Under the pieces are notes generated by a model. That model did not search any database. It saw only the letters and a program-made list of their open reading frames with translations, and was not told the origin of the DNA. A stretch of 44,954 nt of DNA from Octopus bimaculoides (lineage: Eukaryota), in contig NC_068988.1 of the NCBI RefSeq assembly GCF_001194135.2, positions 65,435,931-65,480,884 of the forward strand. Reading direction: 5' to 3'. Shown here piece after piece: positions 1 through 11,173 of the stretch. Within the stretch, counting starts at the first letter, position 1. Every line of letters begins with the position of its first letter. Made by a program: the position numbers and the translations under genes.

Positions 1-37
<37 letters not shown>

Positions 38-134
38 TTATTTATGAGTGTTTTAAAAATATTTTTCTTGAGCCCTAAGATTCATAGGGCTGGTTGTTCG
101 GTTTCCATGGTATAAAAAACTGAGATCACAACAT

Positions 135-250
135 CCCCCCAGAAGAAATGACAAGCAAGGTTGACCCAGCGGGATTTGAACTCAAAACGTAAAAAGGCAG
201 ATGAGATGCCGCTTGTCATCTTGCCAGACGGGCTAATGATTACTCTGTCA
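135..250 (-). mobile_element. Degenerate tRNA-derived SINE, family C/D
   Basis: GGGATTTGAACTCAAAACGTAAAAAGGCAGATGAGATGCCGC matches better-preserved copies at 6128-6322, 21655-21815 and 37928-38153. Boundaries approximate. Confidence 0.55.
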
Positions 251-314
251 GGTCGTTGCGTATTTGTATACATACACATACATTCATAGATGCGTACGCA
301 CATCCATTTATACA

Positions 315-707
315 TTGTTGTTGTAGTTGTTGGCACTCCATCGCTTACGACGTCGAGGGTTCCAGTTGATTCGATCAACGGAACAGCCTGCTCGTGAAAT
401 TAACGTGCAAGTGGCTGAGCACTCCACAGACACGTGTACCCTTAACATAGTTCTCGGGGATATTCAGCGTGACACAGAGTGACAAGGTCGACCCTTTGAA
501 TTACAGGAACAACAGAAACAGGAAGTAAGAGTGAGAGACAGTTGTGGTGAAAGAGTACAGCAGGGTTCGCCACCACCCCCTGCCGGAGCCTCGTGGAGCT
601 TTAGGTGTTTTTGCTCAATAAACACTCACAACGCCCGGTCTGGGAATCGAAGCCGCGATCCTATGACTGCGAGTCCGCTGCCCTAACCACTGGGCAATTA
701 CTCCTCC
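315..707 (-). mobile_element. Full-length tRNA-derived SINE, family A, with (CAA)n tail
   Basis: Reverse complement of the copy at 17812-18188 along its whole length. On the minus strand it has an A-box-like TGCCCAGTGG and a B-box-like GGCTTCGATTCC. It ends in GGAGTGCCAACAACTACAACAAC. Confidence 0.85.
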
Positions 708-785
708 TTTTATACATACATGCTGACATTCATTCATGCACACATGCATACATACATCCATACCGTATCTTTCAAGCTACGCTAC

Positions 786-1332
786 CAAGAAAGCATCCTG
801 CAAGGCGATAGCTTGTTATTACTACTTTTTGCAGTCTCACGAATCGCCCGTCCTACTAACTACAAAACAGTTTTAGGAATGGATCCAATAACATCTCTCA
901 GCTTTTCTTTCTTGATGACCTGAAACTGTATGGGCCAAATTAACCACATCAAGAAGCAACTGGATCTCATTATCCAATTCTCCAAAGACACTGGAATGAA
1001 TTTTGGTAAGCCCAAATGTGCCTTTTTAGCGGTAAAAAATGTGGCAAATTTACGCCCTCATCCATAACACTAAACATAAGTAGTCAGAAATACAGCTTCT
1101 GATCTCCAGGGAAAGTTACAAATACCTTGGACAGGATGAGAATGACTGCTACGGCGAACCGATCAAAAAGAGAAGACTAGGAATGAATACTCTAAGAGGA
1201 TAAAAAATTATGGTCATCTGAACTCTCAGCTTACAACAAGCATATTGTCCAGAAACACTTTTACAGTGCCTCTCCTTACACTTACATTTGTCATTCTGAA
1301 CTGGTCCATTTTAGAACTCAGTGAGATAGACG
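786..1332 (+). pseudogene. Non-LTR retrotransposon reverse transcriptase fragment, R4/Dong-like (RLE clade), frameshifted
   Basis: Translated motifs in order: ILQGDSL (~792), FLDDLKLY (~908-930, catalytic xxDD), FSKDTGMNFG..KC, YKYLGQDE (~1118-1141), then VPLLTLTFVILNWSILELSEID. Several stops and frameshifts. Cut off at ~1332 by another repeat. Confidence 0.8.
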
Positions 1333-1676
1333 TTGGAATTTAACTCTAAATTAGGATCTATTTTAAAACGGGGGCCACATTTTTCATTAATGTTTTACGT
1401 AGTGTTTTTGGTACGGAAAGACTTTCAAACTTCGTATACTAATCTATTTTGTGTTATAGAACAGAAAAATATTTTTGTATTCGAATTTATTTCATGTAAA
1501 AAATTGTCTTATTTCGATAATTTCAACCAATCACTGACAAGTATTCAGTTGTTTACATTTACTCCTTTGGCTGATTAAGCGATGTAAAGCGTATTTAATC
1601 TCCATACCTTCGTTTTATTTGCTTTTTTCATTTTAAATTTGCTTTAACCCTAACCCTAACCCTACGGCTAGGGTTA
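1333..1676. repeat. Unclassified interspersed repeat ending in (TAACCC)3 and an inverted TAGGGTTA at a gap edge
   Basis: Abrupt junction with the RT fragment, an AT-rich body, and TAACCC x3 at 1645-1662 followed by TAGGGTTA at 1669-1676. Superfamily not assignable from sequence alone. Confidence 0.45.
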
Positions 1677-2665
1677 NNNNNNNNNNNNNNNNNNNNNNNN
1701 NNNNNNNNNNNNNNNNNNNNNNNNNNNNNNNNNNNNNNNNNNNNNNNNNNNNNNNNNNNNNNNNNNNNNNNNNNNNNNNNNNNNNNNNNNNNNNNNNNNN
1801 NNNNNNNNNNNNNNNNNNNNNNNNNNNNNNNNNNNNNNNNNNNNNNNNNNNNNNNNNNNNNNNNNNNNNNNNNNNNNNNNNNNNNNNNNNNNNNNNNNNN
1901 NNNNNNNNNNNNNNNNNNNNNNNNNNNNNNNNNNNNNNNNNNNNNNNNNNNNNNNNNNNNNNNNNNNNNNNNNNNNNNNNNNNNNNNNNNNNNNNNNNNN
2001 NNNNNNNNNNNNNNNNNNNNNNNNNNNNNNNNNNNNNNNNNNNNNNNNNNNNNNNNNNNNNNNNNNNNNNNNNNNNNNNNNNNNNNNNNNNNNNNNNNNN
2101 NNNNNNNNNNNNNNNNNNNNNNNNNNNNNNNNNNNNNNNNNNNNNNNNNNNNNNNNNNNNNNNNNNNNNNNNNNNNNNNNNNNNNNNNNNNNNNNNNNNN
2201 NNNNNNNNNNNNNNNNNNNNNNNNNNNNNNNNNNNNNNNNNNNNNNNNNNNNNNNNNNNNNNNNNNNNNNNNNNNNNNNNNNNNNNNNNNNNNNNNNNNN
2301 NNNNNNNNNNNNNNNNNNNNNNNNNNNNNNNNNNNNNNNNNNNNNNNNNNNNNNNNNNNNNNNNNNNNNNNNNNNNNNNNNNNNNNNNNNNNNNNNNNNN
2401 NNNNNNNNNNNNNNNNNNNNNNNNNNNNNNNNNNNNNNNNNNNNNNNNNNNNNNNNNNNNNNNNNNNNNNNNNNNNNNNNNNNNNNNNNNNNNNNNNNNN
2501 NNNNNNNNNNNNNNNNNNNNNNNNNNNNNNNNNNNNNNNNNNNNNNNNNNNNNNNNNNNNNNNNNNNNNNNNNNNNNNNNNNNNNNNNNNNNNNNNNNNN
2601 NNNNNNNNNNNNNNNNNNNNNNNNNNNNNNNNNNNNNNNNNNNNNNNNNNNNNNNNNNNNNNNNA

Positions 2666-3000
2666 TGTGTGTGTGTGCAGTATTTGGTGCTAGTGTATGC
2701 GCAGATTTGTATGTTTGTTTTATGGATGTGTTTTTATGTATATATTTTCATGTCTAGATGCATGCATATGTATTTATGTGCTAAACTTTTGGAAAGTCTT
2801 ACATATCTTTACAATTCCATTGATGGCTTGAATCTGTAGTCTTCTAATCAGCCTTTTTCTTTCAGGTTTTGAGAACCCTAATTTTTCCGGGTTTTTGTTG
2901 AGGCAGTTCGTTACATATCCCAATGCCCCAACAATCACGGGTATGAATCTGAACTTATAGTCTGGGTGGAGTATCTGCAAATTTCTCAGTAGCTCGGCGT
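2666..3000 (-). pseudogene. 3' end of an R4/Dong-like RLE retrotransposon (end of ORF plus 3' UTR)
   Basis: Minus-strand reading frame AELLRNLQILHPDYKFRFIPVIVGALGYVT...LQIQAINGIVKICKTFQKFST* carries the P(V/I)IVGALG motif also seen at 6424-6967 and 41370-41840. Bounded by (GTAT)n at the 5' junction and (AC)n at the 3' end. Confidence 0.75.
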
Positions 3001-3382
3001 GTATGTATGTATGTATTTTCTAGCTGTTCCTGATATGAAAGTTAAAACTCAGAATGCCTGTTAATGTAATTCTCAGCTTGCAATAGATCAGATAATCTTT
3101 ACAATAATCCGTGTCACGCACGCTTATTGTTCCTTGCTCAAGTGATTGTTAGTGTTATGCATACATACATACATTCATGCATGCATACATGCATGTATGC
3201 ATACGTGGTGATTGCTCCATCGACACAGATGATTGCCACCTCTTCGTGCTTCTTCGTCGTCAATGGCTTTTCTAACTTATAGCCTCTCAGATGACTATTC
3301 AATCCCGCTGAATATCTGCATGGTTTGAAAAATAAATGACACACGTAAGTTGTCTTCCATCTGTATCACATGACCAAACACA

Positions 3383-3993
3383 CCAGTGGCTTAGCATATA
3401 AAAAAATCTGAAAATTGTTTTATATGCTAGGCCAGTGGTTTAAATTGATGTTAATTAAATCAATATTCAATTTATTACCCTCAGTATATAAATATAAATT
3501 TAAATAATTATGTTCTCTAGCCGGCGACATCCACTGTAGTGAATTATCTTCTGCAGAACTGTTTCCATAATTTAGCGCGCCAGAGCTGAGACATTTGAAA
3601 ATAACCCCAATGTAATCGGTAGAACTGTACGCACGTCAAACTTTATAAAGACAATTCGTGTATAGTTATGCAAATTATATTGAATTAGAACGGACGTTTT
3701 TACGTAAGTAAAAGAGTTGATGGCGAAACCGATATACGATTAATTCTTTATTTTGCATATTTTCATTTGACTTGCCCGTTTTGTTCTGGTGTTTGGTGAA
3801 TTTTTTCTAGAGAACATTATTTTCTTTGTGGTTAGATCGTGAATGATCTCTTTCTTGCATATCAGATGTCCACTTAGTGGTCAGCTCTTCTTATACGCAT
3901 GTAATACAATTTTTCTGAATTTTCAGATCTTTTATATGCTAGGCCACTGGTTTTAAATTGATGTTAATTAAATTAATATTCAATTTATCACCT

Positions 3994-3997
<4 letters not shown>
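3383..3997. mobile_element. MITE-like DNA element with ~32-bp inverted termini and a duplicated right end plus flank
   Basis: CCAGTGGCTTAGCATATAAAAAAATCTGAAAATT (3383-3416) is the inverted counterpart of AATTTTCAGATCTTTTATATGCTAGGCCACTGG (3918-3950). Segment 3418-3484 is directly repeated at 3930-3997. No clear TSD. Confidence 0.6.
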
Positions 3998-4074
<77 letters not shown>

Positions 4075-4078
<4 letters not shown>

Positions 4079-4285
4079 GTTTGTGTGTTTGTGTTTGTCT
4101 CCCCACCATCGCTTGACAATCAATGTTGGTGTGTTTACGTCCCCGTAACTTAGCGATTCGGCAAAAGAAACCAATAGAATAAGTACTAGGCTTACAAAGA
4201 ATGAGTCCTTGGGTCAATTTGTTCGACTAAAGATGTTGCTCCTGCATGGCCGCAGTCAAATGACTGAAACAAATAAAAGAAAAGA
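4075..4285 (+). mobile_element. SINE family B, 3' half downstream of its internal (TA)n/(TG)n microsatellite
   Basis: CCACCATCGCTTGACAA...GATAGAATAAGTACTAGGCTTACAAAGAAT...GCATGGCCGCAGTCAAATGACTGAAAC-type sequence, shared with 11210-11420, 15395-15509 (minus) and 20495-20605. Confidence 0.75.
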
Positions 4286-4294
4286 ATATATGTA

Positions 4295-4340
<46 letters not shown>

Positions 4341-5352
4341 CAATCAATGTCTCCACCCGGATGCTGTCATATAAAGTGACAAATCACCATACGAAAATAC
4401 TAATACAAAATTCCTTCTTTTAAATAAGAATAATAAACAGTGTTGGAAAACACTCACATCTGATCCAATTATAAAGACAAAACCGTTTTGACTATTTCTG
4501 CAATAAAGTTAGAGTCGATATTGAATTTGCAAATAATGATAAATATTTATGAGTTCCTGGAAATGACAACTTTACATCGTGAAACAATTGAATTGTTTTC
4601 GATTCGAATAATTTTCACTTCTGGTTCTCTTGACCTTAATATAAATTAGAGAGTCTTGTATTTCTGATTTCTTATATATAGATAACATACATTCTTAGCT
4701 GTCTGCAAAGTGTTTTATCGTACATTGTATTGTTGCATTTCTGCTCGTAGTCATTGCACAGTTTCATCGACTCTGGTATATTGCTTGCTGCTAATTTGCT
4801 GTTGTTGTTGTTGCTTAGCCCAGACTCCGGCCACCAATGACTGAATAGATTTAGAATCAAGAGAATCCTTTTTGTGAATTGTGTATCTAGGGCTACAGAT
4901 GAAGGGCAAAAACAGAACTTGTCTCTGGAACATAAAGAAACATATTGTGTTACGAGGTACACAATATAGAATCTACTGATCCTAATTTATGTTAATATAT
5001 GTAAGCTTCTAGTGCAAATCTCTTCTGTATCCAATTTGTTTTCTATATTTTCGGATTGATGAAATAAATACAATTAACATCAGGGGAAATCTAGCCAGCT
5101 TCTCTACAAAATTTAAGCAGTTATCTATTTGTCTGCTGAAAGCTAAGAAAATTTGAGAGTGAGGAAACTTAGAGTGAGAGTTTAGAGCTGAGAGTAAGTA
5201 CAGTGATGGATGTTGCAGGTTAGAGAGTTAGGCAGAGCATGAAAGACAAAAGAGAAAGTGGAAAGTCGAAAAGATTAGTGTTGGAGCTACAAATTAGGTG
5301 AAGCATGAACGATGAGGAGTCATAAAGAAATTAAAACACTTATGAATGACAA

Positions 5353-5830
5353 GTGTAATCGACTAGTCCACTCCCCACAAATTTCAGGCCCTGTGCCTAT
5401 AGTAGAATGGATTATTATAAGGCTGGCAGAATCGTTAGTTCGCCGGACAAAATGCTTCGCAACATTTCGCCTGTCTTTACGTTCTGACTTCAAATTCCAC
5501 TCAAGTCGACTTTGTCTTTTACCCTTTCGGAATCGATAAAATAAGTACCAGTTGAGCTGTAGGGTCGATATAATCAACTAATGCCTCCAGCCAAATTTCA
5601 AGCCTTGTGCTTATAGTAGAAAGGATAATTGTGGTTATTATTATTAATTGTAAGGTGGCACGCTGGACGAAATGCTTAGCAGTATTTCTTCCATCATTTT
5701 GTTCTGAATTCAAATTCCACCAAGGTCGATTTTACCTTTCATCCTTTCGGGGTCGGTAAGTTAAGTAGCAGTGAAACACTAACGTTGATGTAATCAATTA
5801 GTCCCCTCCCACAAAATTTCTGGCTTTGTG
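5353..5830 (+). mobile_element. Head-to-tail tandem of three SINE family C copies (one partial, two near complete)
   Basis: The unit GCTGGCAGAATCGTTAG...TTCAAATTCC...GTCGACTTT...TTGTGC(C/T)TATAGTAGAA(A/T)GGAT(T/A)ATT recurs, with short (ATT)n linkers at ~5411-5418 and ~5635-5647. Confidence 0.75.
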
Positions 5831-5902
5831 CAGGCTGTTCCATTGATCGGATCAACTGGAACCCTCGACGCCGTAAGCGACGGAGTGCCAACAACAACAA
5901 TA
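5829..5902 (+). mobile_element. 3' tail of SINE family A fused to the third SINE C copy
   Basis: GCAGGCTGTTCCCATTGATCGGATCAACTGGAACCCTCGACGCCGTAAGCGACGGAGTGCCAACAACAAC matches ~18122-18188. Confidence 0.8.
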
Positions 5903-6059
5903 ATGTCATAAGTATACCCTTTTTTAAAATTGTATTGTATTTTTTTGTTTTGTCATCCATACTTAGTCATACTTTTTATTTATGAATGAAAGGCAAAGGC
6001 GATCTCAGCGGAATTTGAATTTAGAACGTAAAAACGGGCGAAATGCCGGCGTGCTAACG

Positions 6060-6127
6060 ATTCAGACATCCCGCCATTGGCAGAAGGACATCAATTCAGA
6101 CATCCCGCCATTGACAGAAGGACATCA
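6060..6127. repeat. 34-bp tandem duplication (2 copies, 1 mismatch) between two minus-strand SINE C pieces
   Basis: ATTCAGACATCCCGCCATTG(G/A)CAGAAGGACATCA at 6060-6093 and 6094-6127. Confidence 0.9.
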
Positions 6128-6322
6128 ATTTCGGGGGTGGGAATAAGTCGGTTACATCGACCCCCCCTCCTACTAATCCTCAACTGGTACTTATTTTATC
6201 GATCCCCAAAGGATGAAAGCTAAAGTCGATATTGGCGGATATTGAACTCAGATCGTGACGACGGGCGAAAAACCGCTAAGCATTTCATCCAGCGTGCCAA
6301 CAATTCTGCCAGCTCGCTGCCT
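6128..6322 (-). mobile_element. SINE family C, near complete (a further partial copy lies at ~5975-6060)
   Basis: Minus strand begins AAGGCAGCGAGCTGGCAGAATTGTTGG (A-box-like) and contains CTGAGTTCAATATCC (B-box-like). Its head abuts the (AAT)n tract. Confidence 0.8.
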
Positions 6323-6360
6323 TAATAATAGTAGTAATAATAATAATAATAATAATAATG

Positions 6361-6408
<48 letters not shown>

Positions 6409-6423
6409 TGAAGAAGAAGAAGA

Positions 6424-6964
6424 AGGAATATATTCACAGACACGACAGAATCAGGACCTATATACGTTGGAAACTATGCCAACACTATGGAATAACAACA
6501 GAAAAAAGATCGTATAGGCACATGCCAGAAAAGTTCACAGAAAATGAGAAAGCAACCATACTCTGGGATATGCCAATACACACAGATAGAGAAATTGTGG
6601 CCAATAGGCCGGATATAGTTGTCAGAGATCACCAAAATGCTTTCTAATCGATGTATCAATACCAATAGATGACAATGTTTCTCTGAAAGAAACGGAGAAA
6701 CTTTCAAAATACAAAGATCTGGAATTAGAAGTTACTCGAATGTGAAGCCTAAAAACAGAAACAATTCCTGCCATAGTAAGCGCATTAGGTATGATAAAAA
6801 AGCATTCAGACAAATACATAATAAAAACACAAGGACTTACAAGTATATATAACATACAGAAAATTGCACTACTGGGCACTGCACACAACAAACCAAAGTA
6901 CATACCAAGGCATACAAAGGTTCACTCGGTAGTGCAGTGGAAGCACATGATAAAAATAAAACCA

Positions 6965-6967
<3 letters not shown>
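6424..6967 (+). pseudogene. 5'-truncated R4/Dong-like RLE retrotransposon (REL endonuclease domain plus 3' end) flanked by (AAT)n on both sides
   Basis: YIHRHDRI (RHD motif), TILWDMPIHTDREIVANRPDIVV (PD), frameshift, then FLIDVSIP (D)...EKLSKYKDL (K)...IPAIVSALG...IQKIALLGTAH. An in-frame TGA at ~6743. (AAT)n tracts at ~6323-6408 and ~6968-7027. Confidence 0.88.
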
Positions 6968-7015
<48 letters not shown>

Positions 7016-7029
7016 TATAATAATTATCG

Positions 7030-7140
7030 GACGGGTAGTCCTGATGGGTATACTGGGCTTCCTATATTTTACCCCAGTGTCACTTTGATGGCATGCACTG
7101 CTCTCTCACTCAATAATAATAATAATGATAATAATAATGG
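7030..7140 (+). mobile_element. Short 3' end of a non-LTR retroposon with (AAT)n tail
   Basis: GTCACTTTGATGGCATGCACTGCTCTCTCACTC runs directly into AATAATAAT. I recall this as a common cephalopod retroposon 3' end but cannot verify it here. Confidence 0.5.
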
Positions 7141-7630
7141 TTTCTGCATTACGTACAAGCCCAGCAATTTTTAGAGAAGGGAGTTAGTTGATAGTTTTGA
7201 CTCCAATCGATATATTAAAGTACCTGTTGTAAAGGTTTCATTGCTGATATATGTTTTGTTTCGCCGAGAGGATGTCTGGTTTAAACGTTCTCAGTTCAAT
7301 TAATAACTGGCTAAGTCTATAAACCCCTTGGCAGACGTAGGCAAGTCTTCTCTAGTCTTTTCTAGTACAAATAATTAATTTCATTCCGAAAGTTTAATTA
7401 TATCTCATACATTGTAATTAGATATATTAAATTGGAGGAAATAAATACACACACACACACACACATATATATACACACACGTACACACATGGACCCCCAT
7501 ACACATGCACACACATAGACAAACGCACACACACACATACGCACACAAATACACACTGACACTTATATCCGCACAGAAACATACACCGCTGAAGTACGAT
7601 TAGGTGTGTATATATATGTGTCTATATGTG

Positions 7631-7683
<53 letters not shown>

Positions 7684-8296
7684 NNNNNNNNNNNNNNNNN
7701 NNNNNNNNNNNNNNNNNNNNNNNNNNNNNNNNNNNNNNNNNNNNNNNNNNNNNNNNNNNNNNNNNNNNNNNNNNNNNNNNNNNNNNNNNNNNNNNNNNNN
7801 NNNNNNNNNNNNNNNNNNNNNNNNNNNNNNNNNNNNNNNNNNNNNNNNNNNNNNNNNNNNNNNNNNNNNNNNNNNNNNNNNNNNNNNNNNNNNNNNNNNN
7901 NNNNNNNNNNNNNNNNNNNNNNNNNNNNNNNNNNNNNNNNNNNNNNNNNNNNNNNNNNNNNNNNNNNNNNNNNNNNNNNNNNNNNNNNNNNNNNNNNNNN
8001 NNNNNNNNNTATATATATATATATATATATATATGTACGTATTTATATGTATGTACATATTTATATGTATATATATATATATATGTTTATATATGTATTG
8101 AATGTCCATATGTGCATAAACGCATGTGTATATATGTGTGTATGGATGTGCGTAAGTATGTGTATGTGTATCTGTATGTACTCACACACACATTCACACA
8201 CATAGGCAAATACACGCACATACACACCCACACATACCACTATATATATATGTGTGTATACATACAGACACACAGATACAGACAGACAGACAGACA

Positions 8297-8340
<44 letters not shown>

Positions 8341-8828
8341 ACGCCTGCCTTAGACAGTACTGGTGCGAAGCAGTAACAGTGTCTAATCGGCGGTTACCCT
8401 TCTGGGCAACTGCTAGTGTTCGTCAGAAAGCTTCCTAAGGGCTGGCACGTACAGGTTCAGATATTTGATCAATCTTGAACCACGGAGGCCATAGAACATA
8501 CTTATTTAGCTATTCCGCTTTCTTACATTTTCTAAGTTTTAATAGCCAAATAACTTTAAATAAATTAATTACTTAGAAGAAATTTAACTTTTACGCTCTA
8601 CCAGAAGATGCGAATTTTTATGAACTTGTTACGAGCTTTGTCTTAATGCTCTAAAGGCTCCTAAATTAACAATGAAAGACATTTGTGAGTAATACTCTAA
8701 ACAAATAGCAATTTGTTTAGAGTATTCTTTGCTTAGATTGACTCCAATATATATATGTAATATTTTTTTTCAGAATGAGATAAAAAAAACCAAGGCTGTG
8801 AAGAATTTGGAACATTTATAAACAGATG

Positions 8829-8877
8829 GTCTTACAGCTGTTTCCGGGATATTTTTTTATATCCCTTCATCGGAGAC
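8829..8877 (-). ncRNA. Minimal type I hammerhead ribozyme-like motif (Penelope-type), core U4 changed to C
   Basis: Minus strand reads GUCU-CCGAUGA-A-GGGAUAU-AAAAAA-AUAUCCC-G-GAAA-CAGCU-GUA-AGAC. Helix I is GUCU/AGAC, helix II is 7 bp, helix III is the palindrome ACAGCUGU, and the cleavage triplet is GUA. Confidence 0.7.
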
Positions 8878-9429
8878 GGTGTGAGAAAATGGTTAAGCAA
8901 TAGTTAATTTAATTAGTACAATAATAGGATAAACTATTATATACGAATTTATCACGTAGCTATCGTGAAAGAAATTCATAGGGAAGAATCTATCGTTTTT
9001 CTCTAAATCATATTTATTTGTTTATATATATATAAGGGAATAATTATACAAGAAGGCAATAGTTAATTTAGATAAGATATGAAATAGAGAGTGAAATGGA
9101 GGAATGAAAATAGATGTGAGATATGCAGGAATATTGCATTTGTAGATCCATTATTTAGGCATAATGGTATACATATAAGATTCCAATACCTTGTGAGTAA
9201 ATTCCAATAGTATTTAAAACTGGTCATTCCAAGTATAGAGTTTGTACATAGTGCTATTGAATCAAGTGTATATTTAAATAAATTTAATTTTTTTTATATA
9301 TATATACACATGGTGATATATGACTTACGTTGGACTCCTTATTTGCATAATCACCGAACTTGGAGCTTAACTATGGTCTGTCCATAGCTACTCAGCATTA
9401 CTATATATATATATATATATGTATATATA

Positions 9430-9652
9430 TACGAAGGGTGTTGAAAGGTTCCAGACTGGGTAAAAGAAAATACAGGAGGATCAGTTATGTATATATTTTG
9501 TTCAACACATTCCCCTCTCAGATTCACGCACTTATGGCTGCGGTCCATCAGTTTTTCTAAGCCCTGTAAAAGAACCCGGAACGTTGATTCTCCAACCAGG
9601 CCTTTCGCGATACTCTTAAAGCCAAGAACTTTTCCGCCTCCTCCTCCTCATA
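9430..9652. mobile_element. Tc1/mariner-derived MITE, decayed
   Basis: Left end TACGAAGGGTGTTGAAAGGTTCCAGACT loosely matches the inverted right end AAAGCCAAGAACTTTTCCGCCTCC...TCATA. TA at both ends. The terminus resembles the mariner left end at 38934-38965. Confidence 0.6.
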
Positions 9653-9748
9653 TACAAATATATATATAGTTAATTCCACCCNNNNNNNNNNTAATATAAT
9701 TTCTGTACATCACCTCCAAACCTTCATATATACATACATACATACATG

Positions 9749-9800
<52 letters not shown>

Positions 9801-10105
9801 CATGTATGTATGTATGTATGTATGTATGTATGAGCATAAATTAAGAATAAGGTGGAAAACTAGTACTCGAATACTAGTATTGATTAAATGAAATTACCTC
9901 TGTTTCCAAAGAAGATAAAATACCAAATGAAGCGAAGAGATGCTCACAAGAATAAAGAAGTTTTCAAAATTGAGGTGCCGAAAAGAAAAGAATGTAGTTG
10001 TCTGGTGACAAGAAGACATTTGAAACATGTTTCTGCGTCTATAATCGTCATCAGTACAGCAGTTGTTCTATCTTGTCTCCAGCAGACAAGTTATGTAAAC
10101 AATTA

Positions 10106-10141
<36 letters not shown>

Positions 10142-10805
10142 GTAGAACACAATAGTATCAGAGATAATTTGTATTATTTATACAATTAGCCTAGAGAAAT
10201 AATTTTCAGTGACAGTGGTACGTATTTGAAGAATACAGAGTGGAATAAATATATATTAAATACATAAGAGATTCATTCTTCATTTATTAATGTACTTCGG
10301 CATCTAGAGAAAGCAAAGTAAATGCTGTGCATATATATATATATCTGCATATATACATATAAGCATATGTATATATATATGCATATGTTTCAACATTTAA
10401 TTCAAAATTTCGCTATTTCAAAACGAAGTACATCAGGATATATTATGTTAATGCGATTACAAATTATTGTTCGAGTCATATCGTTAGTATGTAAATATCA
10501 AGCTTACAATTGATCATTCCACCTGCTCTGTCTAGTTCCGTTTCTTTTACCAAAAAAGAGCAAAATGTAACGCTGTGTTGTAGCTATGAATTAAATATGT
10601 ATAATTATTAAGCTATTGATGATTGCGCGTGTAACATATGAAAGTTTGAGGTCTCATACGGATATATATCTGAATATTTGTACATAGAGATTATTCTGTA
10701 TCAAGTATATTTATTTATTTAATCAGCTCTATCTCAGATATCGAGCACTATCGTGTCATCATTTACTCATTAATAAGCTATATAACTTCATATATACATA
10801 AGTAC

Positions 10806-10955
10806 AGGCGTAGGTGAGTGGTAAGAAGTTTGCTTCTCAACCACATGGTTCCAAGTTCGGTTCTACTGCGCGTAATCTTGGGAAAACGCCTTCTACTCAA
10901 GCCCCAAGCCGACCAAAAACGTGTTAGTGAATTTAGAAACTGAAAGAAACCCGTC

Positions 10956-10997
<42 letters not shown>

Positions 10998-11126
10998 NNN
11001 NNNNNNNNNNNNNNNNNNNNNNNNNNNNNNNNNNNNNNNNNNNNNNNNNNNNNNNNNNNNNNNNNNNNNNNNNNNNNNNNNNNNNNNNNNNNNNNNNNNN
11101 NNNNNNNNNNNNNNNNNNNNNNNNNN

Positions 11127-11173
<47 letters not shown>

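Noticed and set aside
1645-1676. True telomere or telomere-fusion site
   Set aside because: Only about four units, internal position, and an orientation opposite to the (TTAGGG)n(CCCTAA)n fusion signature.
4672-4962. 96-aa minus-strand ORF and the AT-rich region 4340-5050 as a gene or PLE remnant
   Set aside because: No motif I can recognise in any frame, and the ORF includes a (CAA)n-derived stretch.
10105-10138. Poly(A) runs here and at ~26666-26692 as processed-pseudogene tails
   Set aside because: No recognisable upstream coding sequence or target-site duplication.
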